Assembly (NCBI RefSeq): GCF_038025025.1
Contig: NW_027117345.1
Location: 1,860,001 to 1,924,000 of the forward strand
Origin: Phyllosticta citribraziliensis
Taxonomy: Eukaryota
Direction of reading: 5' to 3'
DNA: 64,000 nucleotides
Under the pieces are notes generated by a model that saw only the letters and a program-made list of their open reading frames with translations, searched no databases and was not told the DNA's origin. A program made the translations under genes and the position numbers. Shown in pieces: positions 48,838 to 59,968 of the stretch; position 1 is the first letter of the stretch; each line of letters begins with the position of its first letter.

Positions 48838-49179
48838 GAAGAGCCAGGAGGATTTGCTGTTCGCCATACACATAGTGCTGAGGGGATTAACGGGCAGAAC
48901 CTGACAGTACTTAATGGATACGAAGTCATCTTATCTATTGAGGTGCGCATCAAATAATACCACCTATATCATACACTGCCCATGGCCCTAACGGGAAAAG
49001 AGGGTCTACACTGCACCAAGTAGTTTGCTGCATCTGTCATTAACAGTAAGCTCTACCACCATCCTTTCATTACACAAACCTACCTTTCAGGCCTCAAAGC
49101 AAACCACGTCCTTACACCTACATCCTTGCAACTGACACTCCGAACTTCACTCTCTCCAAGCGTTCCACCCAACCATTCC

Positions 49180-51322
49180 ATGTCATCACCCTCGGGCACG
49201 CTCAGTCGCGACAATTAGCCCACTCCGCCCGACCCTCCGTTGCCTCTCGACTCAGATCAAGCCCTTTCACCTCAGTTTCAGGTCCTTCACGAGGAGGACC
49301 ACAATATGGAGCTTCAATACAACAATCCACCCATTCATCCTGCAAGCCTCAGTCCCGCCACTCAATCTACTCCCCTCGTCCCTCCACCGCATGATCCGCA
49401 TGATGAAGGCGACAATGGTGCGGGCCTCAGCTCTCACTTTTTGAATCTCGGTGAACAAGGTCTTGGTATGGAGGACGGGGAAATGGCGAGGGAAGACGAC
49501 GCATTTGGCGCGTCTGAGGAGCGACTGAACATAGTCAGATCATGGACGACTTCTTTTCAGATCACCCAACGACGATCGAGAGCGACTTCCCTCCTCCTCC
49601 GTCTGAAGACGTGTCATTTTCGAGTGAAGTTGAGCTCAGCGAAGGAGAGCCAGGCGGAGACGCAGTGCTCAGCCCCTCAGTCAGGCCCATCCTCAAATTC
49701 TGGTAGCAACAACGCGAACAACAATTTGCCGCCGCCTTCTTCGCCAACCCTTTGCAGCAAGACCGAAGAAGAAGAAGACTGTCCTCTGAACGCCATAGAG
49801 CAGTATTACCGTGCCCTTGCCGTGGAGACAGAACACGTCATGGCCAACGTCGACGTTTTCGCCCTCGATGATCTGGATTCCATTTTCAAATACCTGGAAT
49901 ATCTCAACTCCCGCAAAACTTACGATTGACGCAAGGTTCGCGAGGTGGTGAATCGCCTGGTGGAAATTTCGCCAAGCTTGGCCGACACGGCGGAATCAAA
50001 GGCGCGCGACATGGGTTACCGCCACGAATTCGTCATGAGACATGGGCATTCCGTCCATCACGTCTCCTGGAACCTGACTGAAGAAGACGTTTACAGACGG
50101 GAAAGAGAAGGCAGACCTCATGATTGGATTCCAAAGGAGCAAAGGTGTGGAAAGAAAACGCTCCCAAACCAAAGCCAGAGAGGGCAGAAAAAGATATTGT
50201 GCTTTCACGGCAAAAGCCATCCGAGCAGTCTCCTGCGCAGAAGTCCTCTGTCGAAAGTCCAGACGACCCTGCCGCCGACTTGCACGTGTCACCTGCGCAG
50301 CCTGGCCGGGAGCGAAGTGAAAATTTGCCCCAATCGGAAGAAATCCAAGATGAAAATGACAAGGCACCAGCCGAGCAGGCGGAAGACGTGTCACCCAAAG
50401 CTCCTTCACTCGAACGGGTCAAGGACAATGAAGACGGCGCGTGCCGTTGGACTTTGGCGGCAACAGAGAAGTTCGACTCTCAAAGAAAACATTCGACGCA
50501 CTGAAAACAAGAAACTTGAGTGCTGCTACCCAAGGAAAGCCAGGTGCTATTCCCAAAGGTCTCACAAAGCTCCTCAAGCTTCTTCGCGAGAAGACCAAGA
50601 ACACCGTCGAACAAGAGTCCGGCACTGGTAAAATCCTACGTGGTCAAGATTTCCAGAAGGGCCTCTTACACCAGCCTCATACCGAATTTGTGATCAAGCT
50701 TGGGAATGGAAAGACGTGCGCTGCGTCCAAACACCATTTCACAAAGAGAGGCGACATCGCCGCATCCTCCGAATCGCAACACTGCAGCAACCCAGGGCTC
50801 GGGTCGGATGAAGACCTTTGGGAATATTCGGACAACACCCAAGGCAAGAAATCATGCACCTCACAAGCCAATCCCGACTTCTATGCGACGGAAGGAAAGA
50901 CACAGAGAAGTGGTCCTCGAAAATCCAAGAGGGGGCGTGCCCACGATGGCCGGCATGCTGAGCAAGACGACATTGAAGAAGTCCTGCAGAGCACGAAGGG
51001 CGTCGATGACTTGTCTGACTTGACTGACCACTGTCGAAATCTCGCCATCTACCACAGCTCCGACGAGGGTAAAGCGACAGCAAAAGACTTCGGTGTGCCC
51101 CGCATGAGCAAAGGCGTTGCAGGAGTGGATAAAGCCGCTGGTGACACTGCTGAGGGAGACGCCTCATGGCAGCGGGTTGCGTCTAGGGAGCATTCGTTCG
51201 CTGCGGCGGATACAGCTAGGGAGCGTTCATTAGTCGGTGGGGATAGAGCTAGGGAGCATTCATTCGCTGCTGCGGATAGTTCTTGGTACATTATCCTTTG
51301 TCCAGACAGCGAGAGGGCGTAG
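49180..51322 (+). pseudogene. Probable decayed orphan gene (in-frame stops and frameshifts)
   Basis: ATG 49180 is in frame with ORFs 49240-49929 and 49945-, interrupted by TAG 49216-49218 and TGA 49927-49929. Protein-like reading then shifts into the 50124 and 50441 frames with no obvious splice sites. Confidence 0.5.
51183..51279 (+). repeat. 33-bp minisatellite, three copies (encodes REHSFAAAD-like 11-aa units)
   Basis: ctagggagcattcgttcgctgcggcggatacag / ctagggagcgttcattagtcggtggggatagag / ctagggagcattcattcgctgctgcggatag. Confidence 0.85.
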
Positions 51323-52250
51323 GTGTGCAATAGTACCCCGCCTTGCAAGAACCTGACAACGAAGGCCTTTCTCTGGAGCTCGGCGGAGACGGAGGACACG
51401 GTCACAAGTGTGCCAACGAAGGGCGAACTTGCCGGTGCCTCCCTCGTAGCTGAAGCCGGTTGCCTCTTCTGCGGAAGACAGAGTCCGAAGCACGTCGACA
51501 TGAATGCCCGCATCAGAGGTGGATGTGGGGTTGATGAGCGTCAAGTCTTCAAACTCCCATGATGGTGATCCTAGGATGATTTGGACGTCGACTGGAACAT
51601 GCTCAAGGACGCTTTGTGCAACATCGTAGAGTGCGTCTCGCTTGACACGGAATCGGAAAAGGTCTGCCAGATGAGTGCACAGCCCGAGTGACAGACAGCG
51701 GCTGGAGGATTCAGCTGCGAGGTACTTCGAATATTTCTCGGAAATGTTGTCAAATGCTTTAGAAAAGCGGTTTCCGAATCGTTGTTGCCCACTGGGAGAT
51801 TCTGCCCGAGACATCTCTGGAAATCTTTCCTGCAATGTTCTCGTGGTTCCAAAATCGACATGGGTCGCTTTTTTCGGCTTGCTTGAGCGGCTGGATAAAA
51901 GCTTGAGAGTGAATCCTGGCTCAAGAGCCGCATGTTCGACTTCAATGAGATCTTGAGCTTTGCCGTACTCATACAACGCCAACAGATTGATCGAGTCTTC
52001 TTTGTTGAGGTGTTGATGACGAGGGGTGTCCAGAGTGTGACATAGTAGCAACTGGAGGTCACAGGGAGCATTCGTCCGCTTCGAGAAGTAAAGGACCATC
52101 TAAGATCATTTTCAGCCTCCCCCAACAGAGCGGGGGCACTTGCGAGGAGCATTCACGAGCTCTAACCTGCACAAGCCAGTCGTAAGGTATTTTTGTAAGC
52201 AGCATCATTTGCGGGTGCCTTATATTTTCGGCGATGGAGTAGAGGTACAT
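51260..52250 (-). CDS. Hypothetical protein, possibly a divergent BTB/POZ-like domain, 2 exons
   Basis: Putative intron 52100-52166 (gttaga...gctgaa...ttag) joins MYLYSIAENIRH...IPYDWLVQ in frame to MVLYFSKR...LLALYEYGKAQDLIEVEHAALE. The pattern loosely resembles fungal BTB helices. Confidence 0.4.
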
Positions 52251-52927
52251 GGGATTCTTGCTTTGGCTTCTAGCGCATGGTTCATGGTTGGGAGGGTGCG
52301 TTGGTTGGGGACGCGGTTGGGCTGGCGTCAGCGTTTGCGACCTTACTCAGCTGCTATGCATTACTTGGCCAGACAATCGCAGGGTGGTTGTGGCTGATTG
52401 CTCGGTTGTGTGGAGGCTAGTTGGCCCAGGGTCTGAAGCCAAAGCGAAATCGGAGGTTGAAACATGCCATGTCAGTCTGCGCGGCGACAAGCATACGATC
52501 GACTTTCAAGAGAGAAAGGGTCCTTATTTTTCATATTCATTTGCACCTCATGATTTTGCGGGGGGGGTCGAGAGAGAAAGAAAAAAAAGGAAACCCAGGT
52601 TCACAACGAAACCCCCGTTTGTTGTTTACCCCAAAACTAATAAGGGGCAGTAGTAGAGGTAGTAAAGTGGCTGCTACTGCACACCACTGCTACGACCACG
52701 ACCGTTGCCGCAGTAGACAACAGACATCCATGTCCACGACCGTCTTTTCGTCCCATTCATACCTCTCCTTCCCCTGCTCGCAGCAGCTGCGCCGCCCCAG
52801 CCCAGCCCAAGTCCATCATGACAACGACGACGACTACGACCACGGTGATGCGTGCGAGAAGGAACGGGCGGTACGCGACCACGAGAAGACGAACACGCGC
52901 CACGACACCAAGCAAAGCGCCCACGCT

Positions 52928-53838
52928 TTACCGGTTGGACTTGGCGACACGCTCCAGCTCGTCCTTCTTCTTGATGGCGTACGAGTTGCTGCTGCCCTTG
53001 GCGGCGTTGATGAGCTCCTCGGCAAGGCACTCGGCGATCGACTTGATGTTGCGGAAGGCGGCCTCGCGGGCGCCGATGGTCAGGAGCGCGATGGCCTGGT
53101 TGACGCGGCGGAGGGGCGACACATCGACGGCCTGGCGACGGACGGTACCGGCGGAACCGATGCGGGTCGAGTCTTCGCGGGGACCGCAGTTGACAATGGC
53201 GTCGACGGCGACCTGGATGGGGTTCTGGTCGGTCATGATGTGGATCTGTGGGGTTGTGGTGTTAGATTCCAAGCATTTTTATTTTCGGCGCGGCGAGTGA
53301 AGCTGGTGCCGCGGCCTCTTGCGCGTTCATCTCGCTGCTTGATTTGGGTACGTACGATCTCGAAAGCGTGGGCAACGATGCGAACAGCCATGAGCTTCTT
53401 GCCGTTGTTGCGGCCGTTCATCATCAGAGAGTTGGTCAGACGCTCAATGATGGGGCACTGGGCCTTCCTGAAGCGCTTGACGGCATAGCGGCCGGCCGAG
53501 TGGGGGAGGTAGACGGGAGTGCGGATCTGGATGTAGTCGCTGCAGTCCGTCAGCATTTCTGGCCTCGGGCTCGATGGAGCTTCATCGCGTTCGCATGTCC
53601 TTCAGTCCCATCGCCGCGCTCAATTCACGCCAATTTTTCCAAGACTTTTTATTCCGTTTGTGCGTGCGACTCAGCAGAGAAGAGGGGAGAAACCGTACGT
53701 CAAGGAGATGTCCCTGATCTCGACATCCTCGAAGCTCCACTTGTTGAACAGCTTGATGCTGCCAATCTCCTCGGTGACCTCCTTGGGAAGGACGGGGTAG
53801 CCGGTGGGGCTCTCGACCTCGATTTCGCCCTCAGACAT
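52928..53838 (-). CDS. RPS5: 40S ribosomal protein S5 (uS7), 3 exons
   Basis: [25 protein letters not shown]...[27 protein letters not shown]...[10 protein letters not shown]...[25 protein letters not shown]. Introns 53540-53698 and 53246-53355. Confidence 0.98.
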
Positions 53839-53994
53839 GTTGACCAGGTGTGCGACGACTTGGGGGGTGGGTTGATTGAGCGAGGAGACTGGACGGTCGT
53901 CGGTGGGGGGATTGGTTGTTGTCGCCGGTACTGTCGAGGATAATTTCAGAAGAGGCCCGGATCAACTGAGTGCCGCACGAGCCTCGCTTAGCGC

Positions 53995-54003
53995 TCACGT
54001 GAC
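53995..54003 (-). promoter_or_regulatory. RTCACGTG (bHLH/Cbf1-type E-box) about 160 bp upstream of the RPS5 start
   Basis: GTCACGTGA on the minus strand in the RPS5 promoter. Function inferred only. Confidence 0.4.
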
Positions 54004-54299
54004 GACGACCTCAACACCACCACATCGACTATACCTACTTGAGTCCACATCCATTTCTCGCTCATTTTTGCTACGGTAGTAATGAGAGTTTATGACCACG
54101 GTAGCTTCGTACTCTTAGCCAATGCCAAATGTAGCAAGCCCTCGCGCCCACCATGCTTCAAATCACCACCACCAACTCGCACAGACCATGTGAGGGGAGA
54201 AGATATGGTCTAGATATATTTACAGATCTAGAAAGTCAATGGGACTTAAATTGAAAGTCCCGTCGAAGAGTGGTATCATGTACAAGCCAGGCCCAACAG

Positions 54300-55361
54300 C
54301 TATCTCGCTGAGCCCAAAACAACCTCCTCCAACGCCTCGCCCAAGTCGGTGTAGGTAATCTTAACCGTACCCTTCTCAGCAGCCCTCTTCCAAGCCGCCT
54401 CGATATCAGCATGTCCAACCTTAACAACCCATCCAGAAGCCGTGACGAATCTGAAAAAGCCATCACCACTCCTACCCCTCCCAACCACACCCTCAGCCCT
54501 CAGCAACCGCTCCAACCACTCTCTCCCCTCAACACCACCGCTCTTCCCGACCCTCCCCGCAACATCCTCAACCCTGACAACTCCCCGTCTCTCCAGCCCA
54601 TCCCTCACAAGCCGCACCGCCTCGCGCTGCGCTCGCGTCTCGTCCTCCCGCGCCCTCCTCTCCCTCTCCCGCCGCTCTTCTCGCTCCCGCCGCGCCTTCT
54701 CCTCCAGCGCCGCCTCCGCCACCGCCCGCCGTCTCTTCTCCTCGTACACTTCGGCCTCGCGCTCCTCGGCGCCCTCGGCGTCGCGCGCCCGCTGCGCCTC
54801 GCCCTGCGCCCGCATGAACTCGTGGTACGCCCGCCGCTGGTCGCGCCGCGCAATTGAGCGCGCCTTCTTCGCGCCGACCTGGCGAGACGCGCGCGCAGCG
54901 GCGGCGGCGGGGTTGTTGTCATTGTCGTTATCGTTGTGATTGCCGTTGTGGTTGATGTTGGCGGGGCCCGCGGCGTGCTCGTCGTCTAGCTCGTCGTCCA
55001 CGCGCGCTTGATTGCCATTTGCGGCACCAGCCCAGCCGCCGTGGACAGCGGCCTCGGCAGCGGCGTCTTCAGCGTCGACATCGGCAGCGTCTTCAGCGGC
55101 GAGGAAGTCGTCCTGCAGCGCGTCAGGGTCGGCGACAGCGTTGTCGTGGTCGTCTAGCCCGCCGCCACCCGTCGTCGCTTGCTGCGCGCCGCTGCCATAC
55201 TGTCGTGAATTCCCACGGTCGCTTTCGAAAATCTGCGGCGCATAGTAGAGAAAGGCGACGAGGCAGGCCGTGTGGATGAGGTCTTGGAGCAGTGGCGTGC
55301 CGGGTCGCGTGAAGGGCAGCAGCCGGTTGAGGAGGGCTTGGATGGCGCGGAGAGGGTTCAT
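54300..55361 (-). CDS. Membrane-anchored coiled-coil protein, divergent DDRGK1/UFBP1-like
   Basis: 353-aa ORF: N-terminal hydrophobic segment (LIHTACLVAFLYYAPQIF), acidic linker, VGAKKARSIARRDQRRA, E/R-rich coil, and C-terminal GVVRVEDVAGRVG...LLRAEG...FVTASGWVVKV...AAEKGTVKITYTDL. Confidence 0.75.
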   Translation of the reverse strand: MNPLRAIQALLNRLLPFTRPGTPLLQDLIHTACLVAFLYYAPQIFESDRGNSRQYGSGAQQATTGGGGLDDHDNAVADPDALQDDFLAAEDAADVDAEDAAAEAAVHGGWAGAANGNQARVDDELDDEHAAGPANINHNGNHNDNDNDNNPAAAAARASRQVGAKKARSIARRDQRRAYHEFMRAQGEAQRARDAEGAEEREAEVYEEKRRRAVAEAALEEKARREREERRERERRAREDETRAQREAVRLVRDGLERRGVVRVEDVAGRVGKSGGVEGREWLERLLRAEGVVGRGRSGDGFFRFVTASGWVVKVGHADIEAAWKRAAEKGTVKITYTDLGEALEEVVLGSAR

Positions 55362-55779
55362 GGTGTGTGGCGTTCGATCGGGGTGTCTGTCATATCTCGA
55401 GGAGAGGTGCAATGGAGCCCGGGGAAGAAGTTGGGGGCATGTTGCGATTTGATGCGCTGTCAGTGGTCTAGAAATGAAGGGTGCCGGGCATGCTGGAAAA
55501 TGTCCGGTCTGTGACGTCTGAATGGCGGCCATGACTTTCCTACACGCACCCAAGCACCCAAGCACCCAAGCACCCAAAGTGCTCTCAATGTATGCTCAAG
55601 GTTCGCATTCGCCTGGACCATGGAAGAGATGGAGTTTTGTGCTATTGACAAGGCTAGAGATGAATGTTCTAAGGGCGCTCAAAGGCCATGGTATTCAACA
55701 TGCCCTCTACGCTATAAGCTATTCAAGGTCTTGAACGAGAATCGCCTCTCTCCATCTAACCGACCCTTTTTGTCGAGGT

Positions 55780-58700
55780 TCACACCTTTTCAACGCCCTG
55801 TTGCGCCTTTTTACCATTCCCCTTCCCATTCCCCTTCTGCTTCTGCTTCTGCTGCTTGCCGCCCGCAGCATTAGCGTTCTTGCCATTGCCATTACCCTTC
55901 CCCTTGCCATTGGGCTGCGCCTTAGACTTCGACGCCTCCTCCTCCGCCTGGATACCATCTTCAGCCTCGACCTCCTCCTTGGCCTCTTCGGCAAACAGCT
56001 TCTCCATGGCCGGGACAAAGTACTCGAGCTCAGCAAACTCGCCCATCTTGATCCTCATGAGATCGCTGGCAAAGCCGACGCGCATGTCGCTTTTGACGAC
56101 GATCTTGGCGGGCGCCGCAGCGGGCTCGTCGGCCGCCGGGGCAACCGCTGCAACTTCCTGGGGCAGCGTGGTGCCTTCGGCGCTGTCGACCATGTCGAAG
56201 AAGCTGGCAGCCTCTTCTGGCGGGCCGTCGACGTCCATGGCGCTGTCGTCCTGCTGTCCCTTTTGCTCCTCCGAAGCGGCAGCGGGTGCCGACTCGTTTT
56301 CGCCGTCGGGTTTGTCGTCTTCTTTGCATTCCGGCTCGCGCACCATGACGGGCAGCTTCTGGTACCGCTGGCTGAAGTGGGTTAGAAGGACGCACTTGGC
56401 GCGCATGCGGGCGCCGACCTCCAGTGCCTCGCTGGTCGTCGAATGCCTTTTAGCCTTGGCGTCGCCCAAGAGCCCGTCTTCAAAGGTGGCTTCGTGGATC
56501 AGCAGAGTCGAATGGCGGCCTATTTCGGTAAATTGCTTATAGTTCGGGCGACAGTCGCCGCTGTAGGAAACTTTGAATGGCTTGCTGTCCTCAGCTGACT
56601 GATCCGCGCGAGTCGCATCCGGCCATGTCAGGCTGACTGCTTGGGCGTTGTGGCAATGCTGGACGAAGCACGTCCGTAGATCCTGAAGACCAAATAGAGG
56701 CTCCCAGAGGGACTTAGGAATTGCTTGGCCTTCTCCATGACGGACCAATTCAATCTGGCCATCCCAAGCACCCACCGGCCAGATTTGTGAGTATCCAAAG
56801 TCCTCAACACCAGAGTACTCTGCCAACCAGCCGTGCAAGGGTTGGGAAGCAACAATAGCCAGGCGTTTGGTAGCTCCAGCTGACTCTGGGTTTCTACGGA
56901 TGGAATCCAATGCTTGCCGAGCATTCTGCCTTGACGGACGACCCTTGTGAACGATATGGTACCACGCTTTGATAATAGGAATTATGCCAAGAATGTGGTC
57001 AGCGTGAGGGTGGCTGAGGTAGATCATGCGGAGATCTTTAAAAATCTCGATGAGTTTGGCAGGTTCAAAGGCACGCTGCAGCTGACCAAAGGTGCCCTCT
57101 CCGCAGTCCAACAGGTAGGAGCCGTATCCAGGAACGCGAACCAAGGTGGCAGACACGTTGCGATATAACGAAGGCATTGCTGATCCGGTTCCCAATGGAA
57201 TCACTTCGGCTTCGGGACAGGGAATCTTCGCCCGCCACTGTGCAAGCTCTGATTCAGACTCTTCGATGTTTGCCCTGGCCTTGCTCGCGGCTTCAACGAC
57301 GTCGCTTTGGAGCTTGGCGAGGGCTGCTTTGGGATCATATCCAGGCGACCTCAGATCCGAGTCGACGGGCTTGAATGTCGGCTTCAGCATGTACTCGGCA
57401 CAGAGCTCTATTGGCTCAGCGTTCTGCGCCAAGGTGATAGAAGGTTCCGGCTGAAAGCTTTCGTAGGTCGTATGTGACAATATGGGGTTGCCATTGTAGG
57501 ACTCCTTGAACCTCTTCTCGTCTGCATGGGTCATTCGCAGTATTGAACCGGCACTCTTCTTGAAGATGATTTGGTTTGAGCCCAGATCCAGTGAAGAAAC
57601 AAGATGCTTCACCTGAGGCAAGGACTCCATAAAGGACTTGAGGACGGGATCGGAGGCCACACCTGGCCCGAGAGTCCAGATGATGAGCTGCAGGTTGTCC
57701 TTAATATCTGGAAACTCCCATTCGCTGCGGCTGATGAGTGGCTTGACGTAGTCGACAGAGGGCAGATCGATGACTGCGAGAGCCATGCCCACGCGCGACG
57801 GGCCCATCACCATGTCGGGCGTGATGGTATCGCCGTTCTTCAGTTGGATGGTCTGCCCTTGCGCAAGCTTTCCGCGTTCCGCTCCTCTCGCCACATTTAA
57901 CGCGTCTGCTCTGCCGGCGTCAAACTTGCCTCGTATATCGCAAGTCTTGATCAGGTACGAAACCGCCTCCGGTGCGGGTTCGACAGGAGGGAGACTCGCA
58001 ACCTTGGTCGCCGGCCAGGGCTCTCGCGCCAAGACTATCGGATCATGCTTTGCAGCAGACCAGTCGAAAGGCTCAATCTTGTTGCTGTCTGGAGCACGCC
58101 AGAAGAGCTTCGCGGGGAGCTTAACCTCGGAGAATCTCGTCTCAAACAGAGCGTCCAGACTCCAAGTGGAATTGAACATGTTCGATACCACCTCCTTGGC
58201 GACTTGGGCTGGGTTCTGAGAAACTGTTGACGGGGGCTTTTCGTTCCCATTCGATTTTGACGTGGAAACGACATCACTCATCTCATCGTGGCTCCTCTTT
58301 TTACCACTCGAGGTTGAGGATGCTGGGGATGGCTGATCGCGAAGAGGCGAAACGGCCATGGGGTATAATTTGATGTTTTCGTCGACATACGAGGGCAGGA
58401 GCTCTTGGTTGTCCCCTCTTGGAGGATCGTCCGTAACCTCAAAAGTATTCAACGGCATCCCTCTTTTGAAAATGACCCTTCGGGTCGTCGCGATTGTGTA
58501 GTTGAGATTCGGCGGCCCAATCACATTCAGCGAGACCGGCTCCCCCGAGCCCTTGGTGCTCTTGTCCTGATTGCTCGCAATCAGTTGGTCGGCCTTTGTG
58601 AGAGTCATGCCCAGCAGCCCTCCCAGGCTCCTCCATTCCGAGCGGCCGGTCAGGAAGAAATCGTGCGTCTTGACCAGGCGCACACCCAGCTCCGTCATTG

Positions 58701-59349
58701 TCCGCTGCATGGCCTCGCCCATATTGCCAATCATGTATTGCTTGCTGTCGGAGTTGAGAACCACCATGGTGCTCGGTGTGTCCGCCGTGGGCGTCGACAC
58801 TACCCTCAAGCTTGCCTTCATTGTGTCGCGCGATTTCGGGGAAATTGCGGTTTCGCAAATGATGGGGAAGCCACTGGAGTTCGTCTCGACAGCCGTGTTC
58901 AAATCGTTTGGGTCAGGACGTTGTTCGACGGATTCAGGCGCGGATGACTGATTTATGAGCTTCAATTTGCGGGACAGACGTCTCACAATGGAGTCGCATA
59001 CCTGTCGCCCTCCTTTGCTTGATTGAGGGTCGCCAAAAAAGCTAGACCACAGAGAGCCGAAAGATTCTCGTTTCGTCGGCGTCGAGGTAAAAGTTCGACG
59101 TCGGACCACCCAGTGCGGACGTAGAGGCGCAGAGGCTCTCACATTCGCGAGAGAGCGTGCGGCTTTGTAATTCAGAGCCACCGCTGAAACGCGACGTTCA
59201 GTTGAACTTGCTATCGTGGCGACCGGGAAGAACGAGCATGAGCAGAATCTGAGTGCTGTGCAGTAGTTTGGGGAGAAACGCAAGACGCGAATGACGCTCC
59301 AGAATTTCTGAGTCGCCGCAATGCATCCCGGTAGTGTAGCACGGGGCAA
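55780..59349 (-). CDS. TRZ1: tRNase Z long form (Trz1/ELAC2); conserved start Met at 58821, N-terminal extension uncertain
   Basis: VVSTPTADT, GKFDAGRA..GAERGKL (flexible arm), LGTGSAMPSLYRNVS, LLDCGEGT, SHPHADH, YSGDCRP, IHEATF, KRHSTT, LTHFSQRY. Confidence 0.95.
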   Translation of the reverse strand: MPRATLPGCIAATQKFWSVIRVLRFSPNYCTALRFCSCSFFPVATIASSTERRVSAVALNYKAARSLANVRASAPLRPHWVVRRRTFTSTPTKRESFGSLWSSFFGDPQSSKGGRQVCDSIVRRLSRKLKLINQSSAPESVEQRPDPNDLNTAVETNSSGFPIICETAISPKSRDTMKASLRVVSTPTADTPSTMVVLNSDSKQYMIGNMGEAMQRTMTELGVRLVKTHDFFLTGRSEWRSLGGLLGMTLTKADQLIASNQDKSTKGSGEPVSLNVIGPPNLNYTIATTRRVIFKRGMPLNTFEVTDDPPRGDNQELLPSYVDENIKLYPMAVSPLRDQPSPASSTSSGKKRSHDEMSDVVSTSKSNGNEKPPSTVSQNPAQVAKEVVSNMFNSTWSLDALFETRFSEVKLPAKLFWRAPDSNKIEPFDWSAAKHDPIVLAREPWPATKVASLPPVEPAPEAVSYLIKTCDIRGKFDAGRADALNVARGAERGKLAQGQTIQLKNGDTITPDMVMGPSRVGMALAVIDLPSVDYVKPLISRSEWEFPDIKDNLQLIIWTLGPGVASDPVLKSFMESLPQVKHLVSSLDLGSNQIIFKKSAGSILRMTHADEKRFKESYNGNPILSHTTYESFQPEPSITLAQNAEPIELCAEYMLKPTFKPVDSDLRSPGYDPKAALAKLQSDVVEAASKARANIEESESELAQWRAKIPCPEAEVIPLGTGSAMPSLYRNVSATLVRVPGYGSYLLDCGEGTFGQLQRAFEPAKLIEIFKDLRMIYLSHPHADHILGIIPIIKAWYHIVHKGRPSRQNARQALDSIRRNPESAGATKRLAIVASQPLHGWLAEYSGVEDFGYSQIWPVGAWDGQIELVRHGEGQAIPKSLWEPLFGLQDLRTCFVQHCHNAQAVSLTWPDATRADQSAEDSKPFKVSYSGDCRPNYKQFTEIGRHSTLLIHEATFEDGLLGDAKAKRHSTTSEALEVGARMRAKCVLLTHFSQRYQKLPVMVREPECKEDDKPDGENESAPAAASEEQKGQQDDSAMDVDGPPEEAASFFDMVDSAEGTTLPQEVAAVAPAADEPAAAPAKIVVKSDMRVGFASDLMRIKMGEFAELEYFVPAMEKLFAEEAKEEVEAEDGIQAEEEASKSKAQPNGKGKGNGNGKNANAAGGKQQKQKQKGNGKGNGKKAQQGVEKV

Positions 59350-59968
59350 CTTCGGCTCTGGTACCTCACGCCCGTCATAGGTAAATCCGCGAATCTATCC
59401 ATCAGACCTAGCAATATTGCCTTACTGCAGGAAGGAAGAAGTCGATGACTCTTCACGCTTAGACTTACGTGGCCGGGAAGCGATCAATCGTACAGAGATC
59501 CTCGGCCCAGGAAATAATACCAAAGCCTCGTTCACCCTAGATGCTCTCACTCGCAGTTTTCCCACTTGTACAGTGACACCACCAACCGAGTACATGCACA
59601 CGATCATTTATTGCTTGCAATATATTTCAAAATTGCCTATCCAGTTGAAGCTGTTATCGCAGCTCAGATGTGACCCTATAATCCGTTTCCCCGACCCCGA
59701 GTCCAGAAAGAAGCTTGTCGAGGCGCCTTTGTTCGCCGATTCCCTGCTCTATGGCAGATGTTGAGCTCTGTCGGCTCCATCCTAAAAGTGAAAAAACAAA
59801 AGACAAAGAAAAAAATGACGGATGCCGCTTTGATATCAAACGAGAGTCGTGCCCACCAAGTCCAGTCTCAAAATATCCACAAGGTTAAGGAAGGAAATAA
59901 ACACAACGAAAGAAACGGTTGCCTACTCCTTGCAACCCTACTCCACTTTTGAATACGAAAGATCATGT

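Noticed and set aside
47600..52300. Transposon or RIP-degraded element as the origin of the accessory island
   Set aside because: No transposase, RT or integrase motifs, no terminal repeats seen, and no strong AT/TpA enrichment.
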